In this document: positions 1 to 8,792 of the stretch, in pieces | How the letters are laid out: every line of letters begins with the position of its first letter | Position numbering within the stretch: position 1 is the first letter of the stretch | Origin: Acidobacteriota bacterium | Lineage (GTDB): Bacteria; Acidobacteriota; Thermoanaerobaculia; Multivoradales; Multivoraceae | Direction of reading: 5' to 3' | NCBI GenBank assembly: GCA_026707325.1 | Contig: JAPOXA010000082.1 | Span: 14,026 to 78,025 of the forward strand | Length of the DNA stretch: 64,000 nucleotides | Translations under genes and position numbers: made by a program | Notes under the pieces: model-generated | What the model was told of the DNA's origin: nothing | Seen by the model: the letters and a program-made list of their open reading frames with translations, nothing else | The model's database searches: none

Positions 1-80
1 CCGGGGCCACGGAGTTGCCCCTGCCGTCCACCGGTTGACGGCCCTGGAAATTCAACTTCTTGGAGCGGATTCCGCACACT

Positions 81-109
81 TTGACGGGCGGCGAAGCGGC
101 CCTTATAGT
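81..109 (+). promoter_or_regulatory. sigma70-like promoter candidate (TTGACG-N17-TATAGT) upstream of the TonB-dependent receptor
   Basis: TTGACG at 81-86, a 17-nt spacer, then TATAGT at 104-109. It lies about 145 nt upstream of the ATG at 253. Near-consensus hexamers are uncommon in this GC-rich DNA. Confidence 0.4.
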
Positions 110-252
110 CCTCTTCGTTCGTGGCCTTGAGCCGCCGCGCCCCACCACCGTCACAACCAGTTCCGACAGGCCTTCAAGGCGTGAACCGCGCGCCGGTGGG
201 CTCGCAATTGAGTTCGGCGGCACTCATTCAGAAAACAGAGGAGAAACCAACC

Positions 253-3168
253 ATGCAGTGGACCCGCCCCCGGGCACGTCTTCTTGCGATCCTCCTGGCA
301 ACGACCTGCGCCTTCCTGATCGGCGGCGCCGGCTCTGCCCAGATGATCACCGGCACGATCGAGGGCTACATCTCGGATGTCGCCGGCGACCCGATCCCGG
401 GCGCCACGGTCACCGCGACCAACCAGGACACCGGCATCGACCGGGCCGTCATCACCGACGCGAACGGCTTCTACAGCGCGAAGGCCCTGCAGGTCGGCAC
501 CTACACGGTGACCGCCGAGTTGGCCGGCATGCAGACGACGCAGCAGACCGACATCTCAGTCCTCGTCGGCCAGATCAAGGACGTCAACCTGGCCCTTGAG
601 GTCGAGTCGTCGTCCGAGGTGATCACCGTCACCTCCGAGGCGCCGATCATCGAGGTCAGCCGCTCCGGCGCCGCAAACTACATCGACGAGGTGGCGATCG
701 AGAGCCTGCCGATCGTCGGCCGGGACTTCACCGACTTCGCCATCCTGACTCCCGGCGTCCAGGCCGATCGGTCGCGCGGCTTCCTGACCGTCGCCGGCCA
801 GCGCGGCATGTACACCGGGCTTTCGGTCGACGGCGCGGACAACAAGAGCACGTTCTTCGGCTACGGCCGCGGCGGCGAGGCGACGGAGAACGACGGCCTG
901 ATCATCGCTCAGGACACAGTACGCCAGTTCCAGGTCGTGACCAACGGCTTCTCGGCCGAGTACGGCCGGCACGGCGGCGCCTTCATCAACGTCGTCACGA
1001 AGTCCGGCACGAACGAGGTCAGGGGGTCGGCCTTCTACCAGTTCCGCGACGACAGCATGGCGGAGGATCTGCCCTCCTCGCCGCTTGACGACTTCAACGA
1101 TCGCGATGGTTCGCGGCCGGTCGATACGTTCGACACCCAGAACTACGGCTTCTCGATCGGCGGTCCCTTCAAGCGCGACCGCACCCACTACTACTTCGGC
1201 ATCGACCAGCGCGACCAGGACATTCCGTTCACCCGCTCGCTGCGTTCGACGGGCGCGAACAGTACCTACGACCTGATCATGCAGCGGGCCCAGAACGAGC
1301 CGGCCTTTGCGGCCCTGGTCGACGGTTTCGACCGGAACGCCGATGGCTCCGCCACCGGCCTGTTCCTGCGTTCGGTGAGCAACCAGATCCTGTTCGGCAA
1401 GCTGGACCACCAGATCAGCGACGCGAACCTGATCACCCTGCGGGCCAACTTCACCGACTTCGAGCGCGAGAGCAGCTACCTCGACGAGGAATCGCTGAAG
1501 ACGGAGGACACGCTCACGGTCATCGCGTCGATGACTTCCGTGATCGGGAGTCGCGGCGTGAACGAGTTCCGTATCCAGTCCGCGGATGACAACCTGGACC
1601 GCTTGTCCAAGCGGGTCGGCACGCCGATCGAAGCGCAGGTACGCTTCCGGTTCGCCGGCTTTGACAGCGTGGGCAAGTTCGACTTCCTGCCCATCTTCGT
1701 GGAGGAGTCGCAGCTCCAGATCAAGAACGATTTCTCCTACCTGTTCGGCGCCCACGACATGAAGTTCGGCGTCGACTACTCGAAGGACGACCTGGCGCAG
1801 CTCTTCGCCGGCAGCCGCGACGGCCGCTACGACTTCAACTCGCCGGAGGACTTCCTGAGCAACAACGCGAACCGGGCCCGGATCTGGTTCGGCGACTCGA
1901 CCTACCCGAACTACGACGAAACGCAGGCCGCGCTCGCGTTCTATGGTCAGGACAGTCTGAAGCGGGACAATCTGACGCTCAGCTACGGTCTCCGCTACAC
2001 GTCCACGGACAACCCCGACGGCCTGGAGCACATGGAGACCGACGGTCGCCAGATCCCGGATACCGAGAACCTGGCGCCTCGCTTCGGCTTCGCGCTGGCT
2101 CAGGATGAGGGCCGGTCGGTCATCCGCGGCGGCATCGGGTTCTTCTTCGGCCGAACGCCGACGCTGCTGTTCGCGAACCAAGTCCAGGCCAACGGCGTAC
2201 CGCCCAACTACGGCCGCATCACGGTGAGACCCGGCCAGAACGGTTACGTTGACCTCGGGACGCCGATCGACAATGAGAACCCGCCGCCGGGCATCATTCC
2301 GGCGATCTCCTATGTCGACCCCGCGTTCGACGACGCGCAGACGCTGCGCGCGAGCGTCGGCTGGGAGCGGGAACTTGGCAACGGCTGGAGCGCTGGCGTG
2401 GACGCTGTGTACGCCGAGGCAAGCGGCCTCCAGCGGAACACGGACTGGAACCGCCAGTTCGGCGGCTACGACGAGTACGGTCGCCCGATGTGGGGTGGTC
2501 GCATCCGGGATGACGTCGCCGAGATTCTCGTCCGGCAATCCCGCGGCGAGTCCGAGTACCAGGCGGTCACCCTGAAGGTGAACCGGCGCTTTACCGGCCG
2601 CTACCAGTTCGGCGCGCACTACACCTGGGGCAAGGATCGGGACACCGACTCGAACGAGCGTTCGGCCACCGGTGTCACGATCTCCGATACGGGCAACCTG
2701 GACTACGACTGGGGCCTGTCGGACCGCGACATCAAGCACCGCCTGGTGGTCACCGGCATGATCCAACTGCCGGCCGACTTCCAGATCTCGGGCATCCTGA
2801 ACTATCAGTCGGGCTACCCGTACACGCTGGTGGACTCCGGCTTTGACCGCGTCGCGTGCGGCTTCCCCATCTTCAACTGTCCCGACCCGTACGCGATCAT
2901 GGACGGTGTGTTGGTGGGCCGCAACTCGGAGCGCAACGAGTCGATCCAGACAGTCGACGTCCGGGTCGGCAAGTTCTTCCGCTTTGGTGACGGCCTGCGG
3001 CTCGACGTCTTCGTCGAAGCCTTCAACCTGTTCGACCAGAACAGCTTCGGCGTCGGCTTCAGCCAGAGGAACATCAACAACGGAAACGTTCCCGACACCC
3101 TCGGGATCCCGTCGTTCCTGACAACGAGCCCGCGCCAGTTGCAGATCGGCGGCCGGTTCAGCTTCTAG
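253..3168 (+). CDS. TonB-dependent outer-membrane receptor with N-terminal carboxypeptidase-regulatory-like domain
   Basis: ATG at 253 is preceded by AGGAG. The signal peptide is MQWTRPRARLLAILLATTCAFLIGGAGSAQ. The CarboxypepD_reg-like stretch is ITGTIEGYISDVAGDPIPGATVTATN...ANGFY. Plug and barrel regions follow, and the protein ends in the aromatic terminus GGRFSF. The 121 start in the track adds an unlikely Pro/Ser-rich leader. Confidence 0.85.
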   Translation: MQWTRPRARLLAILLATTCAFLIGGAGSAQMITGTIEGYISDVAGDPIPGATVTATNQDTGIDRAVITDANGFYSAKALQVGTYTVTAELAGMQTTQQTDISVLVGQIKDVNLALEVESSSEVITVTSEAPIIEVSRSGAANYIDEVAIESLPIVGRDFTDFAILTPGVQADRSRGFLTVAGQRGMYTGLSVDGADNKSTFFGYGRGGEATENDGLIIAQDTVRQFQVVTNGFSAEYGRHGGAFINVVTKSGTNEVRGSAFYQFRDDSMAEDLPSSPLDDFNDRDGSRPVDTFDTQNYGFSIGGPFKRDRTHYYFGIDQRDQDIPFTRSLRSTGANSTYDLIMQRAQNEPAFAALVDGFDRNADGSATGLFLRSVSNQILFGKLDHQISDANLITLRANFTDFERESSYLDEESLKTEDTLTVIASMTSVIGSRGVNEFRIQSADDNLDRLSKRVGTPIEAQVRFRFAGFDSVGKFDFLPIFVEESQLQIKNDFSYLFGAHDMKFGVDYSKDDLAQLFAGSRDGRYDFNSPEDFLSNNANRARIWFGDSTYPNYDETQAALAFYGQDSLKRDNLTLSYGLRYTSTDNPDGLEHMETDGRQIPDTENLAPRFGFALAQDEGRSVIRGGIGFFFGRTPTLLFANQVQANGVPPNYGRITVRPGQNGYVDLGTPIDNENPPPGIIPAISYVDPAFDDAQTLRASVGWERELGNGWSAGVDAVYAEASGLQRNTDWNRQFGGYDEYGRPMWGGRIRDDVAEILVRQSRGESEYQAVTLKVNRRFTGRYQFGAHYTWGKDRDTDSNERSATGVTISDTGNLDYDWGLSDRDIKHRLVVTGMIQLPADFQISGILNYQSGYPYTLVDSGFDRVACGFPIFNCPDPYAIMDGVLVGRNSERNESIQTVDVRVGKFFRFGDGLRLDVFVEAFNLFDQNSFGVGFSQRNINNGNVPDTLGIPSFLTTSPRQLQIGGRFSF

Positions 3169-3222
3169 ACTGACGGCCTCCACCTGAAGCCGCAGCGTGT
3201 GACGCCGCGGCACCGAGAATCA

Positions 3223-3256
3223 AGGGCCTCTCCGGCAACGGAGAGGCCCTTTCTTC
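3223..3256. terminator. Rho-independent terminator hairpin between convergent genes
   Basis: Perfect 12-bp stem AGGGCCTCTCCG / CGGAGAGGCCCT with a GCAA tetraloop, followed by TTCTT. It lies 55 nt after the receptor stop and upstream of the convergent ATPase stop at 3335. Confidence 0.6.
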
Positions 3257-3334
3257 GTCCACCGACTGCGGACCTGCGGGCGTTGAGCGAAGCATCGCTA
3301 CTTGCCGGGGCGCTGATGCCCTGCGGGTCCACCG

Positions 3335-4543
3335 TCAGCGTTCGGCACCTGTCCGGCGAAACGGCAGCCGCTTCTCGTCCGTGAGGCTCGGAACATCTCC
3401 CACCGGAAGAACCGATATCCGCTCGTCCAGTTCGTAGGTCTCTTCTCCAGGGTAGATCACCCAGAGATGATCGAGCCGGAGATCGGCGAGCGCCACGCGC
3501 ATCGACTTCGTCGTCCCCGGGGCGTCGCTGTACTTGAACTCGAAGCCGAACCGCCGGCCGCCGGACACGATCATCAAGTCCAGCTCGGCGCCGCCGTGGG
3601 TACCCCAGAAGTGTGCGTTCGAGGGTTGCAGACAGGACAACACCTGCTCGACGGCAAGACCCTCGAACGAGGCGCCGACTTTCGGATGCCCAGCCAACCT
3701 GTCCGTCGACGGAAGATCGAGAAGCGTGTGAAGAAGACCGCTGTCGCGAACGTAGACCTTCGGCGCGCGGACCTGCCGCTTCTTGAGGTTCTCGTGCCAT
3801 GGCGGAAGAACCCGCACGACTTGCGCTGCGACAAGAATGTCGAGATAGCGACGGGCGGCGGTCTGACCCGAACCGATCGCCCGGGCGAACTCCGCCGCGT
3901 TCCACACCTGGCCGTGGTAATGCGCGACCATCATCCAGAAGCGACGAAGCGCCTCCCCCGGCAGCGAGAAACCGAACCGCGGAATGTCGCGATCGAGGAA
4001 CGTCTCCACGAAACTCTGACGCCACAGGGCGGAAAGGTCGTCGTCGTCAGCCAGAAAGCTGCGCGGGAACCCGCCCCGCAACCAGAGCCTCCGCCAACCG
4101 CCCGGCGTGGCGCCGCCCACCTCGGTCAGATCGAAGCCCGAGAGCCGGATCTGCCCGGCGCGGCCCGCCAGAGTCTCCGCGGCGCCGCGAGCAAGAGCCG
4201 GGGATGCGCTGCCGAGGACGAGGAAGCGGGCCGGCTCCTCCCGCCGGTCGCACAGAACCCGCAGAATCTCGAACAGCTCGGGCTGCCGCTGAATCTCGTC
4301 GATGACGACCAGGCCCCGCAGCGGCTTCAGGGTCTGCATCGGCAGCGCGAGGCGCCTCCGATCAACCGGATCCTCCAGATCGAAGTAGCGCCCCTTCTCC
4401 GGTGCTTCGTCGAACAGCGCTCGGGCAAGAGTCGTCTTCCCGCATTGTCGCGGACCGACCACCGCGACCGCCGGATGCACCAGGAAGGAGCGTCTGATCC
4501 GCCGGGCGGCGAGTTCGCGGTCAACGTTCACGGCCGCCAGCAT
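3335..4543 (-). CDS. AAA+ ATPase with C-terminal DUF4143-type domain (COG1373-like)
   Basis: Walker A is VGPRQCGKTT and Walker B-like is VVIDEIQ. The C-terminal half resembles DUF4143 family proteins. AAGGAAG sits just upstream of the ATG at 4543. Confidence 0.8.
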   Translation of the reverse strand: MLAAVNVDRELAARRIRRSFLVHPAVAVVGPRQCGKTTLARALFDEAPEKGRYFDLEDPVDRRRLALPMQTLKPLRGLVVIDEIQRQPELFEILRVLCDRREEPARFLVLGSASPALARGAAETLAGRAGQIRLSGFDLTEVGGATPGGWRRLWLRGGFPRSFLADDDDLSALWRQSFVETFLDRDIPRFGFSLPGEALRRFWMMVAHYHGQVWNAAEFARAIGSGQTAARRYLDILVAAQVVRVLPPWHENLKKRQVRAPKVYVRDSGLLHTLLDLPSTDRLAGHPKVGASFEGLAVEQVLSCLQPSNAHFWGTHGGAELDLMIVSGGRRFGFEFKYSDAPGTTKSMRVALADLRLDHLWVIYPGEETYELDERISVLPVGDVPSLTDEKRLPFRRTGAER

Positions 4544-4609
4544 ACTTCCTTGAAAATCCTCTCGTCAAGAGAGTATTTTCCCGAAACTATCCGCCCCGGC
4601 GACGGCTTC

Positions 4610-4650
4610 TTCCTTGCAGAGACGCCAGCGAGAGAACGATCTGCAAGGAA
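4610..4650 (-). other. Perfect 11-bp inverted repeat (hairpin) between the FN3 gene stop and the ATPase start
   Basis: TTCCTTGCAGA at 4610-4620 pairs with TCTGCAAGGAA at 4640-4650, with a 19-nt loop. No U-tract follows. It could be a terminator, an attenuator or an operator. Confidence 0.3.
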
Positions 4651-4687
4651 TCGATGAGCCGCGCTCCGACCGTGGCCGTCAAGCTTG

Positions 4688-5902
4688 CTAACGTCTCACG
4701 ACGCACGGGAACGCCGTCACGTCGAACCTCGTCGCGAAGAGCCCACCCTCGGAGTTCAAGTACATCTTCACCGCGGCATCCGACGCCGTGTCCCGCACCG
4801 TGACCTCGACGCCGACATCTGTCAAGCCACCCATCACGACCCACCGGTGGCCATTCAGGCCGCAACCGTCGAGAACCTTGACCACGAGCTCGATACTGTC
4901 GGGCGAGAAGAACCAGAACATCCCTGTGTCCGAAGTGCGCGGGATGCCACGGGCAACCCCACTCTCCTCGCCGGCCCGCCAGTGGGCGTCTACCTGGTAG
5001 CGCCCGTCCTGGAGGCAGAGCGATGTGTCATCCGCACCGCAGGTCGCGCCCATCGAGCCCGACAGGCTGCTCTGCGGGCCGTTTGAGCGGGTTTCCCCGA
5101 ACCTGCCGAGGGGGGCGCCGCTCAAGACGTTCAGACGTCCGCCGGCTGCGCCGACACCGGCATCGCAGGCCGCGAATGCGGCCACATCAGCGATGGGACC
5201 GAAGGCAGCGCCGCCGGCACTCGTCCAGCTCTTCTCGAACATCGAGGTCGGCACGCCGGCAAACGGGCTGCCGGTACGGAGGTCGCGAACCGTCATGGTC
5301 ACCGCAACATCGGTCAGGCCGACGGCGAAGACCCAGTAGTGGCCGTTGATGGAACAGCCATCAAGCACCTTCACGACGAGTTCGATGTTTGAAGGCTCGA
5401 AGAACCAGAAGTCACCGCTCCGGGCGGTCAGCCGCTCGGACCTGCCTCGGCCGGTTCGTCCGTCGCCGTCCTCCCAGTCCACTTCGACCTGGAATCTGCC
5501 CAGACACAGAAAGCCTTCCTCGCCGCAGCGGGCCGTCTCCGCCGTCCAGGTCGTCGCCGTGACCTTCGGAGTACGCTCCGAGGACAGGGGCCCGTTGCGA
5601 GCTTCCACCGCGAAGCGGTAGGTCACATTCGGCACCAACTCGGTCACGATCGTCGAGGTGCTGTTCGCGGGCGCCGTCCCGATGAGGCGCAGCTTCGAAT
5701 CTCCCGGCCCTTGCTGAAACACAGCGAATTCCGTCTCCGTGAGCGAGTTGTCGCGCCAGCGCAGTTCGATCTCGGTCTCGTTCAGTGCGGTGGCGACGAG
5801 CGCGGTTGGGGCCGGCGGGGCGCCGAGCGGCGTTGTCGTCTCGGCTGAATCGTCATCCGGGTCCGGGTCCAACACATCGCTGTCGACGGAGCCGCGGTAC
5901 AC
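4688..5902 (-). CDS. Fibronectin type III domain protein with two tandem uncharacterised four-cysteine domains (start uncertain, possibly 5'-truncated)
   Basis: The FN3-like segment is PTALVATALNETEIELRWRDN...VTYRFAVEARN. Two ~115-aa repeats follow (C..LCL..GR[FY]QV...FWFF.P..IELVVKVLDGC..NGH.WV...GLTDV...V.D...AF..C). The frame is open to 6295 but overlaps larA. The first plausible in-frame start after the larA stop is GTG at 5902. No signal peptide is visible. Confidence 0.55.
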   Translation of the reverse strand: MYRGSVDSDVLDPDPDDDSAETTTPLGAPPAPTALVATALNETEIELRWRDNSLTETEFAVFQQGPGDSKLRLIGTAPANSTSTIVTELVPNVTYRFAVEARNGPLSSERTPKVTATTWTAETARCGEEGFLCLGRFQVEVDWEDGDGRTGRGRSERLTARSGDFWFFEPSNIELVVKVLDGCSINGHYWVFAVGLTDVAVTMTVRDLRTGSPFAGVPTSMFEKSWTSAGGAAFGPIADVAAFAACDAGVGAAGGRLNVLSGAPLGRFGETRSNGPQSSLSGSMGATCGADDTSLCLQDGRYQVDAHWRAGEESGVARGIPRTSDTGMFWFFSPDSIELVVKVLDGCGLNGHRWVVMGGLTDVGVEVTVRDTASDAAVKMYLNSEGGLFATRFDVTAFPCVVRR

Positions 5903-5964
5903 CAGGAGGTTCTCGCTCCGCCCATCGAGAACGACCTCGATCGTGAAGGACTTGGGCGCTTCGC

Positions 5965-7245
5965 CTATGCGGCGGCCGCGACGTACGGAATCGTCTGCGG
6001 ACCTTCCGGCAGCACGCAGACGCGCGCCTCGGGCCGGCCCGCCACGCACTCGGCGAGCGCGGCATCGAGGTCCGCCGCCGGCTCGAAGTGGGCGGCGGCA
6101 AGCTGCTCGACGCTCAGTCCGTCCGCCTTGACCAGCACACGGGCGCGGCGCTGGATCAGCGCCTGGACCTGGACCTGCCACTGGTCCGGCTCGGTCACGG
6201 GACGGGCCTCGATCTGCGCCAGCAGTTCCTCCGGAGAATCGCCGCGTCCGAGCAGTTCCGCGTAGCGGCCGTGGTCCGGGATGCCGTCGCTGCACTCGGC
6301 CGCGCAGAGAATCGTGCCGCCGTCTTTGACCACCTGAGCGGCCGCCGACATCCCCTTGACCGCCTGGTACAGGTTCTGGTCGAGCGGATAGCCGGAGTTC
6401 GTGGTCACCACGACCTCGAACGGGTGGTCAGTCGCCGCCATGGCGATGGGCCTCGCGGCCGCACAGGCCCGAGCGTGCATCTCGAAGAGTTCGCCCGCGA
6501 AGACGTGCGTGATCCGCTGCTGGCGGTCCAGAAGAACGTCCATGCTGAAGTGCGGCTTCGCTTCCGACCGCGCCGCGATGGCCCGGATGTCGCTGTGCAT
6601 CGGGTTCTCGTCGATGATCCCCCAGGTCGAACGCGAGTCGCCGACGCGGGCGGCGTCGTGCAGGGTGAGCACGGTGTCGAGCCCGGCGAGCCCCGGTGCG
6701 ACCATCTTCGGGCCGCCCGAGAACCCGGCGAAGAAGTGCGGCTCGACGAAGCCGGTCGTGATCCGAAGGTCGGCCTCCAGCCAGTGGCGGCAAAGCCGGG
6801 TCGGAACAGCTTTGCCGCTCTGCCCCAGGTCGACCAGGGAGGAGTCGTCGCGGGCATCGTGGTTGATCACACGGCAGGCGCCGAGGATCCCGCCGCCCAG
6901 CATCGCCCGCAATTCCGGCTCCGTGTTCGCCCGGTGGGTGCCGGTGGCGACCAGGATGGTCACGTCCTCCGGACGGACCACGCCGTCGAGTTCCCGCAGC
7001 ACCGCCCCGATCATCTCCCGGCGGGGCTGCGCCCGGGTGACGTCGCAGACCGAGATCGCCGCCGTCTGGCCGGGTCTCGCCAGTTGCCGCAGCGGCGGGC
7101 CGGCCACCGGAGCGCGAAGCGCCGCGGTCAGAGCGGCGTCGGGGTCCGCGAGCGGCGGCGCCTGGATCGGCTCGATGACCGTCGTCCGATCGCGCGGAAC
7201 CTCGATCTCGAGGCCGCTGCGGCCGTAGGCGAGGCGCACACGCAT
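5965..7245 (-). CDS. larA: LarA-family nickel-pincer-dependent 2-hydroxyacid racemase/epimerase homologue (DUF2088)
   Basis: Starting at MRVRLAYGRSGLEIEVP (ATG 7245) gives 426 aa, the typical LarA length. Family-typical blocks are ILVATGTHR, GFVEPHFFAGFSGGPK and NLYQAVKG. Confidence 0.8.
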   Translation of the reverse strand: MRVRLAYGRSGLEIEVPRDRTTVIEPIQAPPLADPDAALTAALRAPVAGPPLRQLARPGQTAAISVCDVTRAQPRREMIGAVLRELDGVVRPEDVTILVATGTHRANTEPELRAMLGGGILGACRVINHDARDDSSLVDLGQSGKAVPTRLCRHWLEADLRITTGFVEPHFFAGFSGGPKMVAPGLAGLDTVLTLHDAARVGDSRSTWGIIDENPMHSDIRAIAARSEAKPHFSMDVLLDRQQRITHVFAGELFEMHARACAAARPIAMAATDHPFEVVVTTNSGYPLDQNLYQAVKGMSAAAQVVKDGGTILCAAECSDGIPDHGRYAELLGRGDSPEELLAQIEARPVTEPDQWQVQVQALIQRRARVLVKADGLSVEQLAAAHFEPAADLDAALAECVAGRPEARVCVLPEGPQTIPYVAAAA

Positions 7246-7344
7246 GGCGGAGATCCTACGCCCGCGCCAGAGACGTTTGGGGCGTCGGCGCCGATGCACA
7301 AGGGACCCGATCGCGAGACCGGCGCCGCTTGGGCGGCCGCGTCC

Positions 7345-8736
7345 TCAATCCGTCTCGTCGAGACGGCGCACCTTGATGCTCCGGAAGGCGACCTCGTCGC
7401 CGTGGTCCTGGAGCAGGATGCGGCCCTCCGGCCACCTGCCGAACCCGTCCCGGCCGGCGAACTTGCTCAGCGCGATCGCTTCGTCGAGTTCCGCCGAGTT
7501 CCGGTCGAACGCGAGCACCAACTGGTGGTTCAGCCAGTGCTCCACGGTGCCGTCGGCGCGAACGACGATCCGGGCGTGGTTGTAGCGGCCCGGCCCCTTG
7601 ACGAAACGGCCGACCTTGGTCGCGGGCAGCAGATCGTAGAGCGACGCCAGCGTCCGGTTGCCGTCGCGCCCGGCCTCGGCGTCGGGGTGGCGCATGTCGT
7701 CCAGGATCTGGTACTCGAACGCGACCGCCGTGCCCGGAGCCGAGCCGTAGCCCTCGGTGACCAGGTACTTGATGCCGCTGTTCGCGCCCTCGGTCACCCG
7801 GAACTCCATCTGCAGTTCGAACGCGGAGAAGGTCTCGCGGGTCACGACGCCGCCGCCTCGCTCCGCGCCTGGCTCCGACGCAAGGACCGTCAACTCGCCG
7901 TCGCGGATCTCCCAGCCCGTCTCGGGAAAATCCTCGCGGTGGGCGCCCCGCCAGGCATCCGTGTTCTCGCCGTCGAAGAGCAGTTTCCAGCCCATTGCCG
8001 ACTCCGCTTCCGACAGGCGGTTCGGCCGCGTATCGACGACGTAAGGGAACGAACGTCCGCTCGGCACAAGGTCTTCGGTTCGCAGCAGGACGTTCCGGTA
8101 GCGGACCTGCAGGCCGCCCTGCTCCGGTCCGACCGAGTGGACCTGCAACGCGATGAAGCCGCGCGGCGTCATCTCGTCGATCAGGAACGTCGCCGGCACG
8201 TTGTTCAGCCAGGTCCGGATCTCGGGGCCGATCGCCTCGATGTAGAGGTGGTTCCAGTCTCCCTGCCGGAATGCCCGGCTCGCCTCGGCGTTCACGGACA
8301 GCGGGAACAGCCAGCCGCGCCGGGCCTCGTCGTAGATGCCGGCGCTCCACCCCCGCCCGCTCGGGTCGATCTCGACCTGGTAGCCGTGCACCGTGCCGTT
8401 GCGGTACTCGGGGTCGCTGTGACTGCGGATCTGGACTCCCGCGTTCAGCCCCTCGTCGATCTTGAACTCCAACTGCAGCGCGAAGTCGCCGTACTCCTCG
8501 GTCGTGGTGAGAAAGGAGTTCGGCGTCTCGATCACGGCCGTGCCGACAACGACGCCGTCTTCCAGCGAGTACTCGGCGGCGCCGCCGAGTTGGCGCCATC
8601 CCTGCTCCAGGCCGCCGGCGGTCAGGTCCATCCAGCCCGAATCGGGATCGGGTTGAGCGAGCCCGGGCGCGGCTACGCCGAGCAGAACCAGCAGCAAGAC
8701 GGCCGGTGGAAACGACAAGGCTGCGGAGGGGCGCAT
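7345..8736 (-). CDS. Secreted protein with two tandem DUF1080 (3-keto-disaccharide hydrolase-like) domains
   Basis: A signal peptide ends at GLAQ. The blocks GDFALQLEFKI..GLNAGVQIRS and FELQMEFRVTEGANSGIKY recur, and the C-terminal motif FRSIKVRRL is typical of DUF1080. Confidence 0.8.
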   Translation of the reverse strand: MRPSAALSFPPAVLLLVLLGVAAPGLAQPDPDSGWMDLTAGGLEQGWRQLGGAAEYSLEDGVVVGTAVIETPNSFLTTTEEYGDFALQLEFKIDEGLNAGVQIRSHSDPEYRNGTVHGYQVEIDPSGRGWSAGIYDEARRGWLFPLSVNAEASRAFRQGDWNHLYIEAIGPEIRTWLNNVPATFLIDEMTPRGFIALQVHSVGPEQGGLQVRYRNVLLRTEDLVPSGRSFPYVVDTRPNRLSEAESAMGWKLLFDGENTDAWRGAHREDFPETGWEIRDGELTVLASEPGAERGGGVVTRETFSAFELQMEFRVTEGANSGIKYLVTEGYGSAPGTAVAFEYQILDDMRHPDAEAGRDGNRTLASLYDLLPATKVGRFVKGPGRYNHARIVVRADGTVEHWLNHQLVLAFDRNSAELDEAIALSKFAGRDGFGRWPEGRILLQDHGDEVAFRSIKVRRLDETD

Positions 8737-8792
8737 CGAAGCGTCAGCTTACCGTCCCTCCAGCTAGGATCGCCGCTTCCGGCCGTTCGGCC

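Noticed and set aside
110-252. Possible riboswitch (e.g. cobalamin) in the ~145-nt leader of the TonB-dependent receptor.
   Set aside because: I could not find a B12-box-like element or other recognisable riboswitch core by eye. An Infernal/Rfam scan would be needed to claim one.
60-599. 179-aa ORF and the 121 start of the receptor ORF, which would add an N-terminal extension.
   Set aside because: The ATG at 253 has an AGGAG RBS and is followed immediately by a classical signal peptide. The upstream extension is Pro/Ser/Arg-rich and contains the predicted promoter region.
556-3213. 885-aa ORF antisense to the TonB-dependent receptor. Similar very long antisense or overlapping ORFs occur elsewhere in the track (6088-8862, 16533-17726, 18016-20115, 23848-24957, 25359-27320, 28667-30793, 28774-31341, 33145-34917, 37193-39697, 44484-46592, 56775-58730, 58364-61540, 61176-63431).
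   Set aside because: Their translations are Arg/Ala/Gly/Pro-rich and low in complexity, with no recognisable motifs. Each lies opposite or out of frame to a gene with clear family signatures. Stop-poor alternative frames are expected in roughly 68% GC DNA.
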